A stretch of 57,576 nucleotides of DNA. It comes from Octopus sinensis. Its lineage: Eukaryota. The notes beneath the pieces are model-generated. The model saw only the letters and a list, made by a program, of their open reading frames with translations. It ran no database searches and was not told the origin of the DNA. The stretch spans positions 1 through 57,576 of the forward strand of contig NW_021834819.1 of the NCBI RefSeq assembly GCF_006345805.1. Reading direction: 5' to 3'. Position 1 is the stretch's first letter. Each line of letters starts with the position of its first letter. Of the stretch, positions 13,132 to 25,915 are shown in pieces. Both the position numbers and the translations under genes were made by a program.

Positions 13132-13355
13132 CTTTTTACTATTTTTCTTGTTTCAGTCATTTGACTGCGGCCATGCTGGAGCACCACCTTTAATCGAGCA
13201 ACTCGACCCCGGGACTTATTCTTTGTAAGCCCAGTACTTATTCTATCGGTCCCTTTTGCCGAAACGCTAAGTGACGGGGACGTAAACACACCAGCATCGG
13301 TTGTCAAGCAATGCTAGGGGGACAAACACACACACACACAAAAACACTCACACAT

Positions 13356-13394
<39 letters not shown>

Positions 13395-13564
13395 CATATA
13401 TACGACAGGCTTCTTTCAGTTTCCGTCTACCAAATCCACTCACAAGGCATTGGTTGGCCCGGGGCTATAGCAGAAGACACTTGCCAAGATGCCACGCAGA
13501 GGGACTGAACCCGGAACCATGTGGTTGGTTAGCAAGCTACTTACCACACAGCCACTCCTGCGCC

Positions 13565-13565
<1 letters not shown>
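13131..13565 (-). mobile_element. SINE family B inserted in a (CTAT)n microsatellite
   Basis: Full family B reverse complement with (TATC)n on both flanks. Confidence 0.9.
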
Positions 13566-13601
<36 letters not shown>

Positions 13602-13602
13602 A

Positions 13603-13666
<64 letters not shown>

Positions 13667-14369
13667 AATCAATGTTTGAGTGTGTACGTGTATGTTTACT
13701 TAGCTGTGGGCTTAAGAAGTTCGCTTGTCAAAAACAAGTTTTTGTGTTCGATCCTATTGCTCGGAAATCATGGGCGAATGCCTTCCACCAAGACCTCGGT
13801 ACAACCAAAATCTGATATATAAAATCTGGTGGACGGAATCTATTTCAAAGCTAGTTAGCGGGACTATTCCTTTTTTTTGCGGTGTGGTTGTAGACTTAAC
13901 ACGTCGCCCAGTTTAACACCGCGATCTATTTGATACCTGGCTGCATTTAGCTCATTTCATACTATTTCAAGAATTCTGGCCAGGTCTTCAGCACAAGAAA
14001 TCACTTCCGATCTTGTCCCCAAACCGGTCATAGAGGCTACAAAAATGGCCACAGACTCTGCTTTCCCGCTCCTAACTAAACCCTGAATCTATGTGAGATA
14101 AAGGAAGGGACCATTTTGCGAAAAATTGAGAGAAAGGTAAATTTGAAAGCCAAAGAAATACTCACAATATTTTGAGCCCTCTGATCCCTTTGAGCTGATC
14201 ACATGTTAAAACTTGATCTCCTCCGAAACCATCCAAGTTTAAAAGTGTAAGTCGAAAAACGATTGTATTGAATCATCGAATTCAGAAGGATGTTATCTAT
14301 GCATACGTACACATTAGTATGTATACACAAACACATACGCATATCTGTATGTTGTATGTTGTCATATAT

Positions 14370-14384
14370 ATATATATATGTATG

Positions 14385-14462
<78 letters not shown>

Positions 14463-14563
14463 GATATATATATATTATATATATATATATATATACATAT
14501 ATATACACATACACAAAATATGCATACTCATATATACTTGTATATATAAATATATATATATAT

Positions 14564-14613
<50 letters not shown>

Positions 14614-14622
14614 TAGATAGAT

Positions 14623-14653
<31 letters not shown>

Positions 14654-15079
14654 TTCATAGACAAACACGCACGCGCACACGCATGTACATATGTATCTCT
14701 GTGTGTGCGTGTGCGTGTGTGTGTGTGTGTGCATGTGTGTGTGTGTGCATGTGTGTGTGTGTGTGTAAGTATATTAAGCACACACGCACACTGACACACA
14801 TATGCGTACAAATACGAAGAGAGCAACAGAAAGATAAAGAAAGGCGGTTTAAAGCATTTAGATAAAGAAGGGTCAGAGAGGGAGACAGACAGACAGAAAC
14901 AGAGAGAGAGAGAGAAAGAGAGAAAGAGAGAGATAGAGAAAGAGAGAGAGAAACAGACAGACTCACAAAGACAGGAAGAGAAGACACATTCGTCATAGAG
15001 AAGCAATGACGTCATTGTGGTCAGCTGGAAAAGATGATATTCTATAAAACAGAGACAAATAGGAACAGTGGCGAAGAAA

Positions 15080-15134
<55 letters not shown>

Positions 15135-15165
15135 CATACATACATACATACATACATACATAGAC

Positions 15166-15210
<45 letters not shown>

Positions 15211-15261
15211 CATACATACATACATACATACATACATACATACATACACACATACATAGAC

Positions 15262-15343
<82 letters not shown>

Positions 15344-15345
15344 GC
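14370..15345. repeat. Microsatellite cluster: (TA)n, (GA)n, (GATA)n, (TG)n, (CATA)n
   Basis: Direct reading of the sequence. Confidence 0.95.
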
Positions 15346-15589
15346 AGATAGACAGTCTCACAGTCAAACTGACAAACAGATAGAGAAAGAGAGTTTGAGA
15401 GAGAGGGTGGTGATAGCATGCATGATAAAACGAGTGGGTGACAGTAAGAGATGTGTGACTATGGAGGGATATTAAATGGAATTGATGTTGTCGAGTGTGA
15501 GTCACCAATCGAAGAGCTGAAGATTTTATCAGCATCGAATAGAAGAAATGGTAACATCATCGACATCATTTTCCTTGCTATAACCGTCA

Positions 15590-15598
15590 CCATTGTCG

Positions 15599-15663
<65 letters not shown>

Positions 15664-15740
15664 GCCACTACCACCAAAACCACCACCATCACCAAAACCA
15701 CCACCATCAAAAACACCGCCACCTTCATCATCGGGGTCGT
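15590..15740 (+). repeat. (CAT)n/(CAC)n trinucleotide repeat
   Basis: Direct reading of the sequence. Confidence 0.93.
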
Positions 15741-15766
15741 CGTCATAATACGAGCCAACTAGAGAG

Positions 15767-16158
15767 GTGGTGAGAACAGTGAAGATTGAGAGGCGGTTGG
15801 GTGGAACCTACACTCGCCTCCTTATGAGAGCTCAAAATCTCTCGTGGAAGCGCCATCCAACCAAAATGCAAATATATGGGAAATTACCACCTGTGTATTC
15901 TCTTGTGAAAGGTAGGAGAGTCCAGTTTGCTGGACATTGTTGTAGAGCTGAAAAAGAAGTAATTTCTACTCTTCTCCTCTGGAAGCCATCTACTCGCAAT
16001 ACTAGAGGGCGCACACTCTCCTACCCTGATGTAATCTCCAGGGATACAGGCATCCAGCAACAGGACCTCCGTAATGTTATGATGGACCGTGAAGTCTAGT
16101 GTAACATAGTAAATTCCATTGTCTCGACCACGGTCGAACAATGATGATGATGATGATG
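15767..16158 (+). mobile_element. 5'-truncated RTE/RTE-X-type LINE 3' end with (ATG)n tail
   Basis: ORF 15767-16099 reads GTYTRLLMRAQNLSWKRHPT...RRVQFAGHCCR...LLLWKP...RGRTLSYPD, matching the RTE-type C-terminus. (ATG)n tail at 16141-16158. Confidence 0.75.
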
Positions 16159-16399
16159 CTAGTATCGCATGAACGTTCTTAAAATGGACAAGTAGTGGAA
16201 CTTTCTGAGCCAAGTCAGAAGGTCCATTTTTACGAAGGTGGGCTGAAATGTTCATAGATTGATTATGCTAGAGCTGTGAAGTCTCGCATGCGTTAATTTC
16301 CACTCTTCTTATTAATAAACTAAATTGTTTCTTTCCAGGTAAACTGACACCTGACTCCTCAAAGAAGAATTCAAAAGTAACTAGTAACAACTTCTCATG

Positions 16400-17828
16400 A
16401 AAGTCGACAAAATTTGGTATCATGGTGTTATGAGTTAATTTCAGTCAATGGTTTTAGTCCCTAACAAATTCATATCGACCTAGTTGTCACATTAGGGGAT
16501 GACACTCCAGCTTTATCAACAGTGCAAAAGAGGGAAACTGAATTTAGTAGGGGAAGGGAAAGTCTTGAAGATGACCCAATGACTGAATGTCCTTCAACTG
16601 CCACCACCGAGGAAAACATTGATTGTATTCACCACCTGCTGATGGATGAACGGTGAACGACTATAAATCAAAAAGCCAAATGCTATTAGCATATCCCGTG
16701 AGAAAGTTGAGAATATTCTGCACAACGAACTTGGCACGATGAACGTTTCCGCTCGGTGGGTGCCACATCTTCTGACACCTGATCAAGAGCAGACCAGGCT
16801 GATCACATCATGGCAAAATCTGACATTGTTTCAGGGAGATCCAGCTAGTTTCCTCAAACGTTTCCTAACCAAAGATGAGTGTCGGCTTCATCACTTTGAG
16901 CTAGAAACAAAAAGACAATTCAGGGAGTGGAAACACCCCCGCCCTCTGCTTCAAAGAAGACCAAAATCGTTTCAGCAGCAGAGAAGGTGATGTGTTCATT
17001 GACTATCTTCAAAAGAGCTATACCATCAATGGAAAGAACTACACCTACTTGCTGCGGCAGTTACGAAAGGCTATCAAGACCAAACACCCAGGAAACCTGA
17101 CGAAAGCGGTCCTGTTTCATCAGGACAATGCTTCAGCACACAAGTCCTTGCTAACAATGGCTGCTATGTGAGAACTGGTTGATGTCTCTTCCTATTCTTC
17201 TGAGTTGGCATCCACCTGACTATCATCTGATCCCCAATATGAAAAAAACACTTGATTCAGAACCAGTATAGCAGTGATGATGACTGCGATGAGCAGGCAG
17301 AAACGTTAGCACGCCGGGCGAAATGCGTAGCCGTATTTGGTCTGCCGTTACGTTCTGAGTTCAAATTCCGCCAAGGTCGACTTTGCCTTTCATCCTTTCG
17401 GGGTCGATTAAATAAGTACCAGTTACGCACTGGGGTCGATATAATCAACTTAATCCGTTTGTCTGTCCTTGTTTGTCCTCTCTGTGTTTAGACCCTTGTG
17501 GGTAGTAAAGAAATAGGCATTTCGTCTGCCGCTACGTTCTGAGTTCAAATTCCGCCGAGGTCGACTTTGCCTTTCATCCTTTCAGGGTCGATTAAATAAG
17601 TACCAGTTACGCACTGGGGTCGATATAATCGACTTAATCCGTTTGTCTGTCCTTGTTTGTCCTCTCTGTGTTTAGCCCCCTGTGGGTAGTAAAGAAATAG
17701 ATATCATATCTGCTGTTGACCTCTATTTTGACCAACAGAATGAAAGTTTCTTCACCAGTGGTATCCAAGCACTGCAACACCGACGTAAGTATTGTGTGAA
17801 CCGCAAGGGGTACTATGTTGAAAAATAA
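16400..17828 (+). pseudogene. Mariner transposase pseudogene (stops, frameshifts, SINE insertion)
   Basis: HTH region SLEDDP, ARWVPHLL (WVPHEL motif), TKDE (first catalytic D), HQDNASAH, C-terminus GIQALQHRRKYCVNRKGYYVEK*. Confidence 0.9.
17291..17700 (+). mobile_element. SINE C doublet inserted in the mariner ORF
   Basis: Two head-to-tail C units. The transposase frame resumes after 17700. Confidence 0.9.
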
Positions 17829-18148
17829 ACGTCATCTGGTCACATTACACAAAAGTGTCTTGTTCAGCCTATGACCTTTTCAACCGACTTTCGTAGTTAA
17901 TATCTGAGTGGATATGGACCCCTCCAGAGATATTTCTAACATTTATTTATTTATTTTATTCATTCATTCATTCTCTTTTTCTTTCATTTATTCATTCCTT
18001 CATTCATTACTGTTTTCAATAACTCGACTTTATGAACTTAGCAGATATATCTGTTGTGACAAATTTGTATTCGTCTTCAGAATAAGTATCAAAGATACAA
18101 CGTGTCGTGACACGCTTCATCTTTGTGTTATGACGTTTTATATATATA

Positions 18149-18474
18149 GTGAGGGCGCGTGGCTTAGTGGTTAGGGCATTCGGCTCATGATCGTAAGGTT
18201 GTGAGTTCGATTCCCGGCGACGCGTTGTGTCCTTGAGCAAGACACTTTATTTCACGTTGCTCCAGTCCACTCAGCTGGCAAAAATGAGTTGTACTTGTAT
18301 TTCAAAGGGTCAGCCTTGTCAGTCTCTGTGTCACGCTGATTATCCCCGAGAACTACGTTAAGGGTACACGTGTCTGTGGAATGCTCAGCCATTTGCACGT
18401 TAATTTCACGAGCAAGCTGTTCCGTTGATCGTATCAGCTGGGACCCTCGTCGTCGTAACCGGCGGAGTCTTTTA
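18149..18474 (+). mobile_element. SINE family A' (tRNA head + CORE-like centre + family-A 3' module)
   Basis: A box TGGCTTAGTGG, B box GAGTTCGATTCC, GTGTCCTTGAGCAAGACAC. Approximate TSD ATGACGTTT(T)ATA. Confidence 0.85.
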
Positions 18475-18539
18475 ATGACGTTTATATCATCAATTTGTTA
18501 GTACATAACATGAATAATTTTTTTTTGTAATTACGTGCA

Positions 18540-19120
18540 CCCTATATATGTCATTACGTGTGTCACTTAAGTTACATTGCGTGTCGTATCATAAATTTGT
18601 AATCGCATATTTTATCTGTCATGACATGTGTCATATGCGTCACTACATCCATCATTTACATGCCTTCACATGTGTCTTCATGCATCTTCTATATCATTAC
18701 ATGTATCAGGTATGTGTCATTACATGTATCCTTTATGTAACGTTACATGTATCATCTATTTGTCATAGCATGTGTCATCAATTTGTCATCGCTAGTATCA
18801 CCAATGTGTCGTATTTCATATTGTATCATCAATTTACCACCGCTTGTAATAATGACATGTATCTATGTGTGTCATCACATGTATCTGTTATTACATATAT
18901 TTATTCCTTAACACGTTCATCATCTGTGTATTATCACATGCTGTATCTATGCGTCATTACATGCTGTATTCATGCGTCATCGCATCACTTTGTATCTGTG
19001 TGTTACCACATAAATTTGTGCCTTAACAAGTTAATCATCTGTGCATCACCATACGCTGTATCTATGCGTCATCACATGCGTGTATTACGCATTATATGTT
19101 ATATCTATTTGTCGTTATAT
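18540..19120. repeat. Degenerate low-complexity tandem repeat rich in CATCAC/ATGTATC motifs
   Basis: Recurrent ATCACATG, TGTATCT and GTCATC words. Confidence 0.55.
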
Positions 19121-19126
19121 ATTATA

Positions 19127-19643
19127 CTAGCAGTATCGCCCGGCGTTGCTCGGGTTTGTAAGGGAAATAACTATATAAGCATTTTTAGAGAGTTACTTCC
19201 CTTATAGATGCCAATTCGGGCTTTCTCAGCCATTTCTGTTTTGGTGTCTTCAAGCCATGAAGTCGTTGTTCTAAAAGAACGCTGGTCTCCTTGACAACGC
19301 ATTACGACGTTGATTTCTTTACACTCCCTTCCCCACAGCTTCACGAGGGAGGGAAGAAGGGGGAGAAGCAAACAGGTGCAGGTGTTTGAGCGTGGACGCC
19401 AACTCCGCCGCCATCGACACACGATGCATTTTATGCATTAAAATGGAATAAAAAATGATGTTAAATTATTTTTAAAATCGTAGACTCATCGTAGACGCGC
19501 GCTAATAGCCAGACGGGCTCGATATTAATCACGACTATAAGATACCCGAATTTGGTTAAACTGCACCGCAAAATGTGGGAGGAGTTAGGAATCTAAATCG
19601 TAGGAGACAGACACTCACACAACTACAGTTTTATATATATAGA
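19127..19643 (-). mobile_element. Non-autonomous Helitron (same family as 3985-4489)
   Basis: TC...CTAG termini on the minus strand, A^T target, hairpin CCCGAGCAACGCCGGG. Confidence 0.9.
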
Positions 19644-19879
19644 TGTGAGTCGTACTATCTTGTGATAAGGCAGCCTACATTCAAAAATGGAGTAAATGGA
19701 CGTAGCTAACAGGGTTCAGTCACTCAGTGTTGTATTTATTAGATGTCTTAGGACTAAGTACTCGGTCAAAGCTAACTGGACAACGCACAACAATAACAAG
19801 AACAGTAATAACAACAAATATAACAACAATAGAAACAACTGCATTAATATTGATTTTAGGTTTTGGCACAAGACCGGCA

Positions 19880-20066
19880 ATTTCGGGGTAGGGAATAAGT
19901 CGATTACATTGACCCCGGCGTTCATCTGGTACTTATTTTATTGATCCCGAAAGGATGAAAAGCAAAGTCGACTTCGACAGAATTTGAACTCAGAACGTAA
20001 AGTCGGATGAAATGCCGCTAAGCATTTTGTCCGGCGTGCTAAAGATTCTGCCAGCTCACCGCCTTA
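19880..20066 (-). mobile_element. SINE C short variant
   Basis: Family C head and body with a different 3' end. Confidence 0.7.
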
Positions 20067-20477
20067 ACAACTGCATTAATATTAAGAACAGCTCACAATC
20101 GTGACGACGGTAATAAGAATAACAACAACAAATGTAACAACAGCAACAAAAAACACACAATAGTAATAACAACAACAATAGAAACAACAACCAACAAACC
20201 CATAATAGTAAGAACAATATCAGTGACAATATAAAAAATATATCAAAAGTCCTGTTCGAGCCATAGAATCATAAGGCCGGAATTTTGGATTCTGCAATAA
20301 TATATATTCCTTTCGAGGATACAGAACGAGTGGCACGGGACCTCCAGCGATGGGGAGCACTGGTGGATCTGATGAGCTCCACGTATGATGAGGTCTCTGA
20401 GACTACTAACATGGGATGACCGCCAGCCCCATCGAGTAAAAGCAGTCCGTTGAAGGAATATTCATTTTAGCCAGCTT

Positions 20478-20602
20478 AGTGGACGTGAACAAGGTGAAAT
20501 GAAGTATTTTGCTCAAGAACACAACACGTAGCCCAGTCCAGGAATCGAAAGCACAATCTTATGACCATGAGTGCGACGCTCTAATCACTAAGCCATGCGC
20601 AT
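20478..20602 (-). mobile_element. Old SINE A'-like head fragment
   Basis: Reverse complement contains GCATGGCTTAGTG...TTTCGATTCC...GTGTTCTTGAGCAA. Confidence 0.6.
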
Positions 20603-20849
20603 CCACAAAGATCCTTCCCAGCCATGGGCTCTTAAAGTTTGTTTCCCAAATTCTGTGGCGTATATATATATGTATATGTATATATACATAATTAATGGAT
20701 CAGCAAAAGTTGCTTCACCACATACCGAAAGTTAGAAATAGCAGTCAAACTACTAATTTTTCTACAACAATAGACAGTAATACTTGTGACTCACATATGC
20801 AAAAAGAATAAAAAATAACGAAACTAACCAGCCTTAGTTAATCATGTAC

Positions 20850-21067
<218 letters not shown>

Positions 21068-21243
21068 TTAGTTATCGCCATACTAATATGGCATTCTTAT
21101 AAAAATAAGAAAAAATAAGAAAAAAGCTGACCGCTTATTAGCTCCATGAGGCCATCGCCTTAAGTTAGCTATTTGATACACAATCTGTATCCATATAACC
21201 TTTGAACAAGGGAGGTCAGTCGCTCCACACTACTTGGCCGGCA

Positions 21244-21285
21244 GCTACAGACGCGTTTCGGGGTATTGCCCCTTTTCAATGCAGC
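21244..21285 (-). ncRNA. Type I hammerhead ribozyme, copy 1
   Basis: 5'-GCUGCA UUGAAAA GGGG CAAUA CCCC GAAA CGCGU C|UGUAGC-3': 6-bp stem I, U3/A8 core variant, G10.1-C11.1 stem II, palindromic stem III ACGCGU, GUC cleavage triplet. Confidence 0.82.
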
Positions 21286-21606
21286 GTAGCCAAACCAGTA
21301 GGTGTCGCTTCCGACAATCTCTGTTCAAAGGTTTTATTTACCTAGCTTCGGTGGAATACATCCACTTGTTTTCAATAATAGAAATATTAAAATTACTAAG
21401 TCTCTCTAAAAGAGAACAACGGCAGCGTTCCCGGAAAATATTAGTTATCGCCATACTAATATGGCATTCTTATAAAAATAAGAAAAAAGCTGACCGCTTA
21501 TTAGCTCCATGAGGCCATCGCCTTAAGTTAGCTATTTGATACACAATCTGTATCCATATAACCTTTGAACAAGGGAGGTCAGTCGCTCCACACTACTTGG
21601 CCGGCA

Positions 21607-21648
21607 GCTACAGACGCGTTTCGGGGTATTGCCCCTTTTCAATGCAGC
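21607..21648 (-). ncRNA. Type I hammerhead ribozyme, copy 2
   Basis: Identical to copy 1, 363 bp away. Confidence 0.82.
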
Positions 21649-21968
21649 GTAGCCAAACCAGTAGGTGTCGCTTCCGACAATCTCTGTTCAAAGGTTTTAT
21701 TTACCTAGCTTCGGTGGAATACATCCACTTGTTTTCAATAATAGAAATATTAAAATTACTAAGTCTCTCTAAAAGAGAACAACGGCAGCGTTCCCGGAAA
21801 ATATTAGTTATCGCCATACTAATATGGCATTCTTATAAAAATAAGAAAAAAGCTGACCGCTTATTAGCTCCATGAGGCCATCGCCTTAAGTTAGCTATTT
21901 GATACACAATCTGTATCCATATAACCTTGAACAAGGGAGGTCAGTCGCTCCACACTACTTGGCCGGCA

Positions 21969-22010
21969 GCTACAGACGCGTTTCGGGGTATTGCCCCTTT
22001 TCAATGCAGC
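21969..22010 (-). ncRNA. Type I hammerhead ribozyme, copy 3
   Basis: Identical motif, 362 bp from copy 2. Confidence 0.82.
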
Positions 22011-22331
22011 GTAGCCAAACCAGTAGGTGTCGCTTCCGACAATCTCTGTTCAAAGGTTTTATTTACCTAGCTTCGGTGGAATACATCCACTTGTTTTCAA
22101 TAATAGAAATATTAAAATTACTAAGTCTCTCTAAAAGAGAACAACGGCAGCGTTCCCGGAAAATATTAGTTATCGCCATACTAATATGGCATTCTTATAA
22201 AAATAAGAAAAAAGCTGACCGCTTATTAGCTCCATGAGGCCATCGCCTTAAGTTAGCTATTTGATACACAATCTGTATCCATATAACCTTTGAACAAGGG
22301 AGGTCAGTCGCTCCACACTACTTGGCCGGCA

Positions 22332-22373
22332 GCTACAGACGCGTTTCGGGGTATTGCCCCTTTTCAATGCAGC
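22332..22373 (-). ncRNA. Type I hammerhead ribozyme, copy 4
   Basis: Identical motif, 363 bp from copy 3. Confidence 0.82.
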
Positions 22374-22489
22374 GTAGCCAAACCAGTAGGTGTCGCTTCC
22401 GACAATCTCTGTTCAAAGGTTTTATTTACCTAGCTTCGGTGGAATACATCCACTTGTTTTCAATAATAGAAATATTAAAATTACTAAGT

Positions 22490-22530
22490 CTGCATTGAAA
22501 AGGGGCAATGCCCCGAAACGCGTCTGTAGC
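22490..22530 (+). ncRNA. Type I hammerhead ribozyme, copy 5 (inverted unit)
   Basis: CUGCA UUGAAAA GGGG CAAUG CCCC GAAA CGCGU C|UGUAG. It begins at the inversion junction; loop II differs by one base. Confidence 0.78.
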
Positions 22531-22805
22531 TGCCGGCCAAGTAGTGTGGAGCGACTGACCTCCCTTGTTCAAAGGTTATATGGATACAGATTGTGTATCA
22601 AATAGCTAACTTAAGGCGATGGCCTCATGGAGCTAATAAGCGGTCAGCTTTTTTCTTATTTTTATAAGAATGCCATATTAGTATGGCGATAACTAATATT
22701 TTCCGGGAACGCTGCCGTTGTTCTCTTTTAGAGAGACTTAGTAATTTTAATATTTCTATTATATATATATATATATATATACCTATATATATATATATAC
22801 ATATA

Positions 22806-23032
22806 TATTCTTTCAAAATGTGACCGCGTGTGTACCGTTGGCGATTTTGTTTTCCTCTGTCTTCCCTTCTCTGGATCTTTCCTTCTCCTATGTTTCCGAC
22901 GAAGAGCTCCGCTTGAAACGTTAAACCCTCCTTCTTTCCTTCTTTCCTGAGCGTCCAATAATACTATATTTGTTACACGTCTTCGCGTTGCTGTGTTTGT
23001 TTGGTTTTTTTGCTTTCTTGCTTGGATTAACT
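22806..23032 (+). mobile_element. Pyrimidine-rich element between (TA)n tracts with a minimal hammerhead-like motif (22892-22926), probable Penelope pLTR remnant
   Basis: GUUU CCGACGA A GAGC UCC GCUU GAAA CG UU|AAAC: stem I GUUU/AAAC, stem III ACGU palindrome, U4->C. Confidence 0.55.
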
Positions 23033-23104
23033 ATATATATATACATACACAGGATGCCGATCCGTCGCAAGATTACTCACTTTTGCCAGCTGATTGGATT
23101 TGAG

Positions 23105-23223
23105 CAGCAGCGTGAAATGGAGTGTTTTGCTCATAAACACAACGCATCGCTCTGTCCAGGAATCGAAACCACAATCTTACGATCATGAATGCGACGCGCT
23201 GACCACTAAGCAAGGCACCTCCA
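23105..23223 (-). mobile_element. Old SINE A'-like head fragment
   Basis: Reverse complement contains CTTAGTGGTCAG...GGTTTCGATTCC. Confidence 0.55.
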
Positions 23224-23452
23224 CTTAACGACATCTATAATAACTATAAGAGTGGCAGTAACAACTGCAACCCACAACAAAATTCCACAGCAACAACGAC
23301 GACCCACGAATCCATAACAGTAACAACAACAGCGTTGATTAGTGATAAAGTTTCCATCCTTAACGTGGGCTCCTACATGGAAAGACACACTTCTTAAGAG
23401 GGAAAAGATTGCAACAGATAACATTAAAAGACGGTAATATATCACCATTTAT

Positions 23453-23683
23453 GCGGCGAGATGGCAGAAACGTTAGCACACCAGGCGAAACGCCCATCGG
23501 TATTTCGTCTGCCGCTACGTTCTGAGTTCAAATTCCGTCGAGGTCGACTTTGCCTTTCATCCTTTCGGGGTCGATAAATTAAGTACCAATTAAGCACTGA
23601 AGTCGATGTAATCGACTTAATCCGTTTGTCTGACCTTATTTGTTCTCCATATGTTTAGCCCCTTGTGGGCAGTAAAGAAATAG
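23453..23683 (+). mobile_element. SINE family C
   Basis: Full head GCGGCGAGATGGCAGAAACG to tail AAAGAAATAGG. Confidence 0.85.
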
Positions 23684-24289
23684 GTAATATTTCACCATTG
23701 GTGACTGCGAAGTTGTGTGCTCTAATGGTTTTTTGTGTTGGCTCAAGAGTTCGCTTCCTAGACCGAGTGGCGCGTTGTATCCTTAATCAAAGTTCTACAT
23801 TTCACTTTACTGCAATCTACTGGGCTAAAATGAGAGCCAGATTTGTCCCGATACAGCCCGCTTTCCTGCCAACCGTTAAAACCTCGCTGTTCAGTTTGGT
23901 GAAGGGGTATGAGAACCAAGTGGGGGTCTATGCCTGATTACGATTACATAAACACCTAAAAAGCGTGGTATATATTATCAGACGAACCTGGCTTGCGAGC
24001 TATAACTATGGTTTGGTAAATGTTTGAGTTAGAAACGTCAGAACGTTTAATAAAATGTCTTGAAGTATTTAGTTACAGTACGTTGGCATCAAATAGAAAG
24101 GAATAAAATAAATACTAGACTAAAATGCCACTCGGTATTTTGTTCAGCGGACTAACGATTCTGCTAGCACAACGCCATTCTTTCTTTTTTTTTTCCATTT
24201 CTGTTAGGAAATTAGTACGAGCTTGATTTAGGAAAATGAGCCATTAAGACTGACATGTGTCCCAAAATGGATTAATAGATTGCAACTGT

Positions 24290-24625
24290 TATTTTTCGGG
24301 CAGAATTTTTAACATGCCAGGCAAAATACTTCCAAAAATTTCCTCCGACTTCACATTCTGAGTTCAAATGCTGCCGAAGTAGATTTTGCCTTTCACCCTT
24401 TCGGGATCGATAAAGTACGTACCAATTGAGCACTGGGGTCGATGTAATCGAATTACCCACCTACATACGAAATTTCTGGCCTTATGCCCAAATTTGATTT
24501 TGGCTGTTCTAATTCCGCCGAGGTCGATTTTCCCTTTCATCCCTTTCGAGGTCGATAAAATATGTACCAGTTGAGCACTGAATCGATGTAATCCCGAAAT
24601 TGCTGGCCTTGTGCCAAAATATGAA
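24290..24625 (+). mobile_element. Degenerate SINE C-variant doublet
   Basis: Two partial copies of the CCGAGGTCGA...CATCC...GGTCGAT body. Confidence 0.65.
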
Positions 24626-25444
24626 ATCAATATTCTAGTAATTAATACTAATTATAATACTCTCAGCTGGAGCTTATGTAGTTTAGTAAGGTCAGCCATG
24701 GAAAAAAAGTCATTTCATTTTCACTCCAACATCCAAGAAAGATATTACAGTAATATCTCAGTAATGAGTCACGCCTGGTCTAAAATAAAATGTCCGCGAC
24801 ACTTCGTATGTACTGACGACACACCTAGAATTCTGTTAATTGTTTAGGGCTGTAAACAGAACAAAGAATACCAGCATTAGTCTTTAATCGTATTGGAGCA
24901 TCGGAGGACAGACTTGTTAATCTCCATACAACAAAAGCACTTCCAATACTTTTGATGGTACAGTTTTACTTACTATACCGTAAGTAATCAATGTCAATTA
25001 CTCTTACTAAAATTTTACAGTAATAAGGAACTGCTGCAATCTTATTTAGTCTGTACCCACCTTTAATAAAGTAGAGTCGTGGATCTCCGTTGGTTTCGAC
25101 GATGACGATGCGATCGAGCGATCATCTGAGTTTGCTCATTTATAGAATTAGCGTTGAAGTAGTTGTGCATTCTGCAGATATGCATCCTTGACGAAATCTT
25201 TTGGCAGAATTATAGTATAAGAAAGTGTGTGTGAAAAGGCTGTACCTGCAAACGTAAGAGATGATCCACCCAACGGGCTTCCTCCAGTTTCTGCTCTTCA
25301 ATTTCACTCACAAGACTTGGTTCGAATCATGGCAAAGATAAATTGCATTTGTTCAAGATGTCACGTAGAGGGACCGAATCTAGGACCTCGTGATTGCGAA
25401 GCGAATTTCTTACCCATTCTGCCACTCTACATCCACTGAATTTT

Positions 25445-25761
25445 GTGAAGGCAGAGTGGTTAGGCAACTTGGTTCACGACCGTAAGGTCGCGAGTTCGAT
25501 TCCTGGCGGCACTTTATGTCCTTGAGCAAAGCACTTAATTTCCCCCTGTTCCAGTTCACTCAGCTGGCAAAAATTAAGAGTACTTGTATTTCAAAGGCCA
25601 ACCTTGTTACATTCCGTGTCATGCTAATGAATCTCGCTGAGAACTACATTAAAAGTACGCGTGTCTGTGGAGTGCTCAGCCACTTGCACGTTAATTTCAC
25701 GAGCAGGCTGTTCCGTTGATTAGACCAACTGGAACCCACGTCGTCGCAACCGACGGAGTGC
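25445..25761 (+). mobile_element. SINE family A'
   Basis: Same architecture as 18149-18474. Confidence 0.8.
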
Positions 25762-25915
25762 TAGTATTTCTATTCACCAGGCTTTAACATTTGCTATATT
25801 AATTATCAATTTCTTTTAGGTAATCAATAACGTGTTCAATATTACATAATGTTTTTAAAAATCAAATGAGATCAAACATGCCGTCCGCCCTACTATGTAT
25901 AACTTCACAATCTAA

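Larger units (their letters stand above)
16233..17893 (+). mobile_element. Decayed full-length mariner (Tc1/mariner) transposon, ~1.25 kb after removing a SINE C doublet
   Basis: TIRs CGAAGGTGGGCTGAAATGTTCATAG / CTATGACCTTTTCAACCGACTTTCG with TA TSD. Confidence 0.92.

Noticed and set aside
20365-20405. CTGATGAG followed by ATGATGA...CTGA (hammerhead core or C/D snoRNA boxes)
   Set aside because: No GAAA or stem III for a hammerhead, and the C and D boxes are too close for a snoRNA.
21234-22237. Identical 92-aa ORF repeated in each array unit
   Set aside because: TTG start, no recognisable domain, antisense to the ribozyme; the identity only reflects the tandem repeat.
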